DNA from: Lama glama
Lineage: Eukaryota
Length of the DNA stretch: 64,000 nt
Assembly (NCBI GenBank): GCA_028534125.1
Contig: CM052818.1
Span: 13,704,001 to 13,768,000, forward strand
Direction: 5' to 3'
Positions 53,046 to 64,000 of this stretch are shown here, piece after piece. The notes under the pieces are model-generated. The model was not told where the DNA came from. It saw nothing but the letters and a program-made list of their open reading frames with translations, and searched no databases. A program made the translations under genes and the position numbers. The first letter of the stretch is position 1. Each line of letters starts with the position of its first letter.

Positions 53046-56000
53046 AAAGACTTTTTTTAGTTAAATAAATCTGCCTTTATGTGAAAGTGCAGGATATTCT
53101 AATTATGGACAGATTAGTGCTAGTAATATGAATAGGGATAAAGGTTTTTGATACTCAAAATAGAAATGAACATTTTCTTTCAAAATGAAATCGGACTTGG
53201 GGTAGAAGTGAAAGGATGGATCTGTATGGTGTTTGAATGTGAGTATGAGCTGGCTCCAGCATGAAACAGAGGTGAGCTATAAACAAACATAAAAACTAAT
53301 ACCCAGAACTAAACTGAATTAGAGCAGGAAGAAGAGATCACCGAAGTGTGAATCTAGAAGTGGGAGTCAAGAAACCAAACTGGAGTAAAACCCAGGGAGC
53401 GTTTGAGGATCTGAGTCATAAGAGAGCATGTCCTGCTTCTCTCATCATTGAGATCTGACCTAACCCAATCTACTTGTTCAGTAGTTGTCATCTTCTTCTA
53501 GTAAAAGTAATAGTAGCTTCCAGAAATGAGAGGTGGGTAGGAGGCATGCCTCCTCTCCTTTGTACACCATTGTTACTATGATTATCACAGTGAAACAGTC
53601 TTAGACCTAAATTTTCCACAGATACAAACATGTATTAACAAATAGGCCAAATAGGGTATTCATACAAATGGTTCCTCTAAACTTCCTGTTCCTAGCACTT
53701 TAACAAGCTGCCTTGCACAGAAGATTCACTTGGATTCCATCACAACTGTATCCCGATGGATTACATGCATGAACCAATCATCCAATCAGCCTCTGTGAAA
53801 GAATTCTTTTTTAAGAAGAGCAACACAGAAGTTAACAAGTTAGAAGTAGAGACTCTGGGTGCTACTTCAAAGGCTGTTAGTCTTCTGGGCTGCTAGATTC
53901 TTACACTCCATATATAAAGTGGAAATTTCTGTGCAGTGTATTCTGAATAATGCTCACTTCACTATAAAGAAAAATCTGCTATGGTACAGTTCTAATAGCA
54001 ATATATAAAGTGCTGTACTAGCCTCCTTTGAGGGATGGGCTATTGACTAGGGTCCTTCAACCATTAAATAATAACCTCTGCCTGCAGTGTGGACTCCTTA
54101 TCTGGCTGCTAAAAATGTTAAATCATTGTTCCTGGGATGTAGATTAATTTACACACACACATATGCAACAAACTGGAGTGTTTCCAAGCAAAATTCCAGA
54201 CAAAAATATCAGACAACTTTAACTAATAATATTTAAATCTTATTTTGTTTCCCACAGTTGTTTTTTTTCTTCTAGAGATCGAAGCGAGATTGATTTTTAA
54301 AGTAGTTGCCATGACTTAGGAATGGAGACAATGTAATATGCCTTACTATTAGTCAAGTGGCAGAAATCCTCCTCAAGTTCATGTAAGGAAAGAGCAGAAT
54401 TTAGTGGATCATGGTCCTGGCAAGAATAGGGAAGGATCTGACCATGGCCACTCTGGACCTAGGAACTCAAAAGGATATTGAAAGCTCTTACTCTTTTTTC
54501 TCTTTCTCTCTCTCTTCCTCGGCTTTATGTTTCTTCCTCACAGGTCTCTTCCTCTGTGTTTTGGCTTCATTCTCCTCTATTTCTGATAAGACTTTTCACA
54601 GGGCAGGCAAACCCCTCTAGCTTCACTTCTGTCTAGCTCTATGATCCCACTAAAGAGGGGGCCCTACTGGAGAAAGATTTGGATCAAAATATAAATGAAT
54701 CTAGTGGAGAAAGACTTAGATTTTCTCCATTGGTTTCACCTGCTCTGAATAATAATCCCTGGATAGCCGTCTGGCAAGAGGTTGGGGTACTCTAAATCTG
54801 GGGCAGTTGCCGTGTGTTTTGTGGGTGGGAGATGATTGTTAATAAAAGAAGGAGCCAAATTCACCCAGCCTACAGTAGCCACACCTCCCCCACCCTCCCT
54901 GTTGTCCTCTCCCTGCTTTTCTTTGGCTTATATGTGTGAAAATGGATGTTATGAAAAACAAGAAAAATTAAAACTTTCCGTGCCTTAAGGTTTTGTAGCA
55001 CATAAATATTGATCCACCTCCTACTTTCAGTAGAAGAGACCATGTAGAACAGCTGGCATAAGAACTTTCTGGGATTTTTTTCCCTCAAGTGATACCATTA
55101 AAATGGAAATCTGAAGGCTTTTATAAGCAGATGTGAGCTAACATTGATCTGAATAAAAGTGCCGAGATGCCATAGCAGTGAATACTATAACCAAAATTAA
55201 TTTCCTTAATCATTGAAGTGAATTGAATTTGGGACTAGGAAAAACAGCCTGTTTACACATTTAATCACCATCTATAGGTAAGAATCTCCCAGATTTTCCA
55301 GGTGAATGATGCTCCTGATGAAAATCTCTCTGTCTTGTGGACAATAAAATGATTCAACAAATGCCATATGTAGTGTTTAGCTTTCAAGGAGACCTACAGC
55401 CTAGTTGGAACACATCCTATTTGCTGTGCCTACTGGAGGGTAGAATGAACAGATTGCTGGTAATAGCTCACTCCACATACTGTCTGGCAGACATAAAGTG
55501 CCAGGTCAGAAACTGACCACACACAATGTGGACACCACTATTTTTCCATTTCTTTCAGTTACTAAGAAGTTTCAAAGAGAACGAACGTCAAGAACACTCT
55601 TCAGACAACAACAGACTGCGATATGATATCTGACCATTTTATTATGATTGATTTATGGCAGTGTTGATTAAAAATGGACAAATGGTACCAGTTGGGACTT
55701 TAAGGATTAACAGAAACGCTTTGATGTAATGATTAGCAACTTTCTGGCGTGAAATTCTATTATTGAATATATTCTGAGGAAGAGTGCCATTGTAGCAAAA
55801 ACTGTACTACTGTTCACATATGGAAGGTAATACCCTCATGTAGGTGAATAAGACCAAAATAAAGGTGGAAGGGTGAATCATAAAGTCTAAGTTCTGCTGT
55901 TTAGGACCTAGTGGGTTGCTGAGAATCGCACTGAGGATCCTGAAAATGTATACTATTGTGTCTGCATGACTGATACCGTATAGTACCTTGACACGCAAAA

Positions 56001-57146
56001 GATGGCAGGAAGACCTGCAGAATCAGCATCACCTGGGAGCTCCTTTATAATGCAAATTATTTGGCCCTACCCTAGACTTAGCTGATGCAGAAATTCTGGG
56101 AGCTGTACGAGCAATCTGTGTTTTACAAGCCCTCCTTGTGCTTCTGGTGCACCCTAAAATTTGAGAAGCAACTTCACAGTTAGTTATGAGTGCTCTCCTG
56201 GGGGCGTGTGCAACTGCCCAGCGATAGGACTTGATGATATAGATGTATGTGATGCACAGGTCACCATCCTCCAGTGTTACTGCTTGCAGCAGTAAACCAA
56301 CTTAGTAGACCTCCAATGTTGCGATGACTTCTTTCACTTAAACCTCAAACCCACACTTTAGGTAGGTTGAAGTTCTCATCTTCCTCATCAGTTTTTTTAA
56401 GTCATCAACAGGAACTTCTCAGGTTACTTTTACTTCTAGGGTGCTATACTCTGTTATTGTTAATCAATGCCATATAATATACAGATGCTGTCTCTAATAG
56501 TTAATACAACTTAGCACTTCTTCTCTATAACATATATTCTTTAAAATTTTATTTTTCCTTTTAACTTTTTTTTTTCCGCCAAACTGGAAGGCTTGAATCT
56601 TCTTATGTCGCTTATTTCTAGGAAAAACTCCTTTCAGGCACATGTACTAACCAAAGCTGCATAATTCACTCCTTACTATTCATATATTAATTACAAATTA
56701 AGTTGTAAAAAGGTACTTTTTTAACCGATGATCAATCAGCATCAACAAATACTTATTAAGTGTATATTACAACCAATGCTTTGTTCCAAGAACAGCTAAA
56801 TATATATATAAAGTTGGCCTAAGATACTATCATCATTTAACTTCTGGTTAAGAAGACAATATAAACTTGAAATTTTTAATGACAATATCAGATAATAATA
56901 TAAGAGATATACCTAGGCATTATATAATTAATTGTAAAATAAATGGGAAATTCAGTGGAAAGGAAGAGATCACTGGACTGAATAGGTCTGAGAAGGCTTC
57001 ACTCACGTTTCCTTCACTGAGCGTATGTTTAGGAAGTATCTACTCCAGGAAGGACCTTGGGCAGGTGCTGGAGAGAATGTAGAACTTGAGCTAGGCTTCT
57101 GGGAAAGTCAATTCAAATGAGAGGAACAGCACAAGCAAACGTATGG

Positions 57147-57729
57147 TGTGAGGAGTTAATACAGTAGGTCTGGTAGCCCTCTCCTTGCATATCTCCAAGG
57201 AAGCCTGGACCATGACTGACCATTGCCAACCCCTGGGCATATGGTCCTTGGGAAGTTATGTTAATTTTGATTATTTTGTTGAATGCACCTGGAGCAATGG
57301 ACCATATTTTACCAGCCTGTCAGAATTGCTCTGCACAAACATCAAGACTGCTGATGTGTACTGGTTTCATTTTTGGGGTCCTGAGTTTCAGTTGCCATGA
57401 ATAGTCATATACTAGAATGTGCCTACATGACCAGACCTCCATAAAAACCTTGGACCCTGACACTTGAATCAGCTTCCTTGAGTGGAGACATTCTGCACAC
57501 GTCCTCTGTTAGAGAGAAAGCAGAGCTTATGAGGCCCTTGTTGGAGAAAGACTTGAAGCCTGTATCTGATCTCTCTGGATTCTATCCAATGAGAATCTTT
57601 TTCCGTGCTGATTTTGCTCTTCACCCTTTGCTGTAATAAACCTTAGCCATGAATATAATCCAGTTTGAGTCTCATAAATCTTTCTAGTGAATCTCCAAAC
57701 ATGGGGCAGTCTTGGGACCCCTGAAACAC
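57147..57729 (+). mobile_element. MER21-like ERV LTR
   Basis: AATAAACCTTAGCCATGA...GTCTTGGGACCCCTGAAACA end; ATGG flanking repeat. Confidence 0.7.
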
Positions 57730-59038
57730 ATGGCATGTGAAAAGATTCAAAATGCACATAAATTTCTTTGGATAGAAACAATAAATATTTAGATCTGGTG
57801 GGGAAATTCAGTTCTTGATTGCTGAATATAGGTAAAGGGTATGTGGGTGTTCATTGTACTATTCTTTAAAGTTTCCTATAAGTCAAAATATAAATTTGTA
57901 AAGAAATGAATAGTATTGGGCAAATATTAGTACTAAGAAATGTAATCAAGTAAAAAATCAGTTATTGTATATGTGTATGAACTTATGTGCATATAGAGTC
58001 ACAGAATTGTCTGTTGTCTTGAAGAATACAAATTTTACATTTCATTGTTTAGTCAAATCTGTCTTTTCTTGTTTGTTTGCATGTGTATTTTTCCATTGCT
58101 TTTTGACCAGACTCCTGTTTTAGACAGATGGGGGCCTGAGAGGCATGGGAGAGCCCTGAGTTCCCGGGCTGGAAGTGGGCATGAGGCTGCGGCAAGTGAA
58201 GCCAAGAGGATAATTACCAGGTCAGTTTCCTATGGAGTCACCGGGTTAGTAGTGCCAAGACCAATAGTCTAGGATCAGGATGCCAAATTCAGACAGGACA
58301 ATGAGAAGAGGAAGCTTTCATTCAAAGCTGATCCGTCTGACAGAGACAGCGGTGCAAAGAGAGTTCAAACAGGGAGGAAGGCAGACAAGCCAAGAATGAT
58401 CTCTGAGGAAAAAATACACACAGCTACACAATCTTTTTTAACCTGGTTCCTGCCACAGCCAAAATAGGGGGGGTCTATCCTGAAGTGGCTGATGCAGCTG
58501 GGGAGTAGACACTTGGAAGTTGACAGAGTTCTCTCTCATCCTGAGATTGAATAAATATTCACCTATGTTTTCTTTAATTTTTATTATTTGAGATTTTACA
58601 TGTAATTTTTAAATCTCTCTGGTTAGACTATTACATCCATATACATATATGGGTGAAACTGGTTTATATTGTGCTAGCTTCTTCAGGTTTTATAACTGGG
58701 ATATACATAGAGGTTAAGAACATGAATTCTGGAGTCAGACTCCTTGGGTCCAAATCTTGGCTCTAACACCTAGTAAATAATCAGCAATATTACTTAATTT
58801 TTTGATATTATACTCTTGTCTTGTATAAAATTCAGTTAAAAATGTTACCTCCCATAGGATTGTCCTGGAGGTGAAATGAGGTATGTATGTAAAGCATATA
58901 GCATAGTTCTGATAGAGAGTAGGCACTCAGTAAGTTTTTATTATTTTATTAGTGTATGCAGCATCAAAGAAGGAATTACAAATGAGGAAAGGAGGAAGGC
59001 TAGAATGACCTTTATGATGTTGGACTGAAAAAGTATCA

Positions 59039-59482
59039 AGAGAAAGATGGCAGAAAAGGAGTTTTCTACCATCATTTCACCACAGAACATCAATTTTGGC
59101 AATCACTCACAGATGAGAGTACCTTTGTAGGAGTCCAGAAGTCCAGTGGAGAAGTTCCATTGTAGTAAGAAAAAAATCTGAGAACAGACACAAAGAGTGT
59201 GAGAAGAACAGTTTCCTTTTACTTGTATATGTTCTGCAGAACTAATGTACAGCATAGTGACTATAATTAATAGTACTGTGTTGTATACTTGAAATACGCT
59301 AAGTGAGTAGATCTTAAGCATTCTCACTACACATATCAAAAAGAGAATTATATGAGGTAACGTATGTGTTAATTGACTCAATTGTGGTAATCATTTCACA
59401 ATGTATGCATATATCAAGTCATGCTGTACACTTTAAATATACACAATTTTATTTGTCAGTTATATCTCAGTAAAACTGGGGA
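59039..59482 (+). mobile_element. Internally deleted L1: 5'UTR-like head fused to 3'UTR tail, inserted in an older L1M fragment
   Basis: 11-bp TSD AAAAAGTATCA at 59028-59038 and 59483-59493; AAGATGGC head; L1MA-type 3' end. Confidence 0.6.
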
Positions 59483-62400
59483 AAAAAGTATCAGTATGAA
59501 TTAATGGTTTTGGATAAATATAGAAATAGAGGTGTGTGTGTATGTATATGTACATATAGATAGATATAAACAGATATTAATGCATGTATATATACATATA
59601 TTCCTCAGCTCTGTCTGATGAGAGGACCTAGAAGCAATGACATCCCAGTAGCAGCAAACCCACCCAGTGCCCACATTTTGTTCTGTAAATATAATTTTCC
59701 AAAAAATAAAAAGAAACCAAAGCTCCTTAGAGAAATGGCTGACTCCAGGACTGGAACAGGGAGAGAAAAAGAGGAACCTGGAACATTTTGCAGTGCCAGA
59801 AAGTAAGTGATCAAAAAATGATCAGGGTATATTGAAAGAACATAGGAACCAATACGAAGGGGGTCCCAGGGGCCAAATTTGGGACAATTTAAGCAACAAA
59901 ATAAATGATAGTAATATAATCCATGGAATAAAATGAGTGTCCATGAAAAACTATATGATAAAAAATTAAATAAAAATAATTGGTGGAGTAGGGAAAGCTC
60001 TTTGTTACACTAGAATTCCAAGTAATAAATGTTGAAGAAGTGATGGAAATAGAAAATCACCATTTGCCAAACATTTGCCAAACAACTAAGAGTTGTTTCA
60101 GGCAAGAATCATTAATGGATGCTAAAATTGGTGGGCTAAAGTATGGAGAAATGGGATCTTTTCACATAATGTCAAATTATCTCCCAGAAGATACTTATTA
60201 ATGGCAGAGAGAAAAAGTGTCAGGGTCACAAAAGACAAAGGAAGATTGAGACACTATCCCAGAGTAAAGAGACTAAGGAGATGTAATGCATTGTGTGATC
60301 CTGGATTGCTGCATCCTGCTCCAGGAAAAGTATGACATTAGTAGGACTGTTGGGAAAACTTGAATATGGCCTGTAGATTAGTTAGTGGTATTTATTGACA
60401 TTGCTTTCTTGGTTTTGAACATTTTAATGTGGTTATGTAACATTTAACATTTGGGGAAGTTGAGTTAAGGGTATACAGGAATTCTTTGTACTATTTTTGC
60501 AGCTCTTTTGTAAGTCTGAAGTTATTTCATAATGAAAGTTTAAAAATTAAAAAGTATTTTTCTCACTCACTAAAGCCTTTCTAGACTCTTGTAATACATG
60601 TATTAATGATAAACATGTATTTTGTAGATGGATAGTTTGGTTCTCTTTTACAGAAATATTATACATGGTTCTTCCTTGTTTCCACTCAACGATTGTGTTC
60701 AATTCTTTTTGAGTGTTGGCTCATCTCACACCCATCTGACTTAGCTTAACTTTCTTCTCCATGAGATCGGCCCCAGACAACTATATCTCTATATAACTTC
60801 ATTCCTTTGTGATAGATGATGATACCATGTGTAGAGATCTGATTTAAACTGTGATCAGCAGATTCTTCCTACCAGGAATTTGAAATTGGGATCATAATAT
60901 TCTTATTCAGACTGAGCTACTGTTTTGAGTGAAAGAAATTTAAAAACTTCAAAGATGGAGTACAGCTATAACCAGATGGATGAACTGAGTAGCAGAGACA
61001 GTTGCTAGGCAAAGCAATGAGAATTAAACAGGAAAGCAGGATGGATATTTCCTGGCATTTCCTGGGTTCATGGTTGCTAATCATTTTATTATCCCATGCT
61101 CTCTCTGAGGTACTACTGCCTTCAGATTCCACAAAACACAATGAATCCTTCTAATACATTCTCCTTTTAGGCAGCTGCCAAGAAGCAGAAACCACACCAG
61201 TGTAGAATTTCTCAGTAGATACTGATGAACTGAAAAGGCAAAGAGAAAACACTAAGTTATCCCAGAGGTAGCACTTGCAGGAAGCAGATACTACCATTAG
61301 GGCTGGATGAAACAAAAGGACAGAGTTGGGACTATGACAACTTAAAAGTTTGGAGGAGGAACCAAGAAGAAATGCTTGGAGGGTCCCAGCCTCAGCATCA
61401 CAAACCACACTAATGAAGGAGTGGGTTTGCAGTGGAGAGGCAGTCACATAATAACTGACACACCAGCTCTGGTCGTTTTTTGTTACATGCAAACAAAGAG
61501 TTCTAAATGTCAAAACAATACTTTATGAAAATTTGGCATGACATTATACACTCTCCACAATGATTTTTCAGTTGGTTGCATAGTGCTTAATTGTATGCAT
61601 GAACTGCAATAATTCACAGGTCTCAGCTTTTAAATCTTTAGGTTGTTTTTAGTGATTCACTGTTATGTACAATATTGCTGTGAAGATTCTTCTACATTCT
61701 TCATTGTACATTTATCTTTGTACATATCTCTTATTCTCCTAGAGTTTGTGGGTCAAAAAGATGCACATCAAAAAACAAAACTTTGTGTATTGAAACATTT
61801 CAAATCTACAGAAAAATTACATGAATAGTACAAAAGAACACCTGTTAACTTTTTAACTAGATTCACCAATTAAGTTTCACCACATTTGCTTTCTCTCTCT
61901 GTCTGTCTCTCTTTGAATCATGTAATTTGTAGATAATAAAGGATATATGTTTTAAAGGCTTTTAATTCATATGACCAAAATACACTCCAGAAAAATTGTA
62001 ACAATTTACACCTATTAGCAGCATATGAAATTGTTTCTTTATCCCCCGTTCTTCCATTTGGGGCCAAATAAGTGGTCTTAATTACTATAGCTTTAAAATA
62101 GAAAACATTTTTATTATCTGGAGGGTCAAATACCCTCTTATTTTCTTATTTAAAAATTTTATTGATTAATCATTCAAATAAATTTAAACATCATTTTCTG
62201 AATATTTGGAAAGTTTCTATGAAATAAATCCTTATAATAAGGAAGTGTTTATGGATGCAATGACACATCTAAGTTAGCTTTAAAATACACCAGACCAAAA
62301 CAGAAAAAAAGGTGGGGAAGGGTATAAATAAATAAAACAAGATCAGCAAAATAGTGATAATTATTGAAGCTAGGTCATAGGTTTATTATAGTTAGTTTGA

Positions 62401-62668
62401 AATGCCCAAAACTAAAAGATAAAAGAAAATGAAATTTCCTTAAAGATTTCATTAAAATATAGATTACATTGGAATCATTTGACATCATTACTATATAAAA
62501 TCTGGCTCTTAGTATTCACAGGGTATTTACTTACTTGCTTAATCCCATAATAGACACAAAACAGTTTCAGAACTGCTAACTCATTCCCTTCTGAAAAACA
62601 AATTTATTAACTAAGGTATAATATTCATGCATAGTTCTTTTTCTTTTCTTTTACTTTTTAACCTAGAA

Positions 62669-62890
62669 CAGGAGTCAGCAGACCTTTTCTATAAAGGGCC
62701 AGGTAGCAACTATTTTCAGCTTTTGGTGTTTATATGGTCCCTGTTGCAACAAGTTAACTGCTACTGTATTGCAAAAGCAGCCATAGACAATATGTAAACG
62801 AATAAACATGGATGTGTCTAATAAAACTCAATTTACAAAAATAGGTGATTGGCTGGATTTGGCCCATAAAACTTAACTTGTCAAACACTG
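62669..62890. mobile_element. MER58A hAT-Charlie element
   Basis: CAGGAGTCAGCAGACCTTTTCTATAAAGGGCCAG start; degenerate 8-bp TSD acctagaa/ccttagaa. Confidence 0.8.
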
Positions 62891-62902
62891 CCTTAGAATA
62901 TA

Positions 62903-63297
62903 CAGTTGACCATTGAACAATGCAGGGGGTGTGGGTGTGGGTTTGGTTAGGAGCGCCAACTCTCGCCTTTCCCCCACCCCCTGCTCAGTCAAAAATTGTC
63001 ATATAATTTTTGACTCCCCCAGAACTTAACTACTAATAGCCTACTGTTGACTGGAAACCTTACTAATAATGTAAATTGTCAGTTAACACATATTTTGTAT
63101 GTTGTGTGTATATCTACATTTATTTTATGCATTCTTGACATACCTGATTTTTTTGATATCTCTAAGCTCTACGGTTTGTCTGTGAGTTTTTTTCAAATTG
63201 TGGCAAATCTCCAAAAAATTTCCAGTGTCTTTATTGAAAAAATCAGTATGTTAGTAGACCCATGCAGTTCAAATCCATATTGTTCAAGGACTAACTG
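62903..63297. mobile_element. Tigger2a-like DNA transposon
   Basis: TA-flanked TIRs CAGTTGACCATTGAACAA / TTGTTCAAGGACTAACTG. Confidence 0.82.
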
Positions 63298-64000
63298 TAT
63301 AGTTAGAGTCAAAATACTGTTGTCCAGAGTTACAGGTATTAGTTTTCGTCTTTCCTAACTCCTTCAGTGTGATTATATTATTCACTTGTAATATAGTAGT
63401 TAGATTCATTTGTTACCATTTGGGTGGTAGAATTAAATTATTTATTTTTTGAGTATGTGAAACATTAACATGGTTCTAAAAGTCAAAACTATACAAAAAA
63501 TTTACTCCTGGAAGTATAAGTAGCCTCTCAATCCTTCTACCCTGATCCCACACCTCCATTCTTTCCACTTTCCTCCCACCCACCCCCTGAAGGTGACAGA
63601 ACTCATTCATTTCTGGTTTCCTCTTCCTCGCCTTTCCTCACCTCCCTTCCTCCTCCTTTTTTTTCCTGTCCCTTCTCCTCCTTCTTCTTCCACAAATAAG
63701 CAGATATAGACATCTTATTTTCCCTTTTTTCTTACATAAAGGTACATACTCTGTTGCACTTTGCTTTTTACACTAAAAAAAAATGTATCCTGAAATCAGT
63801 CCATACTGGTTCATGGAGATTTTCGTCATTCTTTTTTTTACAACTGTATAACGTGCTTTTGTGCTGCTGTACAATAATTTATTCAGTTATTCTCACAGGA
63901 GTCACTTTTGATCATAAAAATTTTTTTAAAAACCTTTTATAGAAATATACACAGCACATATCAACGTGTCAGCTCAATGAATTTTCACAAACTGAGCACG

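Overview
Mammalian genomic DNA, probably camelid (Vic-1-like tRNA-derived SINEs), AT-rich and dense in repeats. Bases ~200-18130 hold coding exons 1-7 of CFAP36 (CCDC104) on the minus strand; the gene continues off the left edge. Its CpG-rich promoter at ~18.0-18.5 kb has an RFX X-box and three CCAAT boxes. The main finding is that the apparently intergenic DNA upstream (~20-46 kb) contains about 13 decayed minus-strand exon blocks, mostly with GT/AG splice sites. Read in order, they translate (with stops and frameshifts) into a collinear cullin-like protein: N-terminal extension, cullin repeats, cullin-homology domain and C-terminal winged-helix/Nedd8 domain. This is a candidate intron-containing unitary pseudogene of a divergent cullin. 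Also present: a processed MRPL42 pseudogene, a retroposed 3'UTR fragment that splits one cullin-like exon, a probable decayed duplicate of CFAP36 exon 5, a near-full-length Tigger1, and many L1, LTR and DNA-transposon remnants. All protein and repeat-family comparisons were made by eye against remembered sequences; no searches were run.
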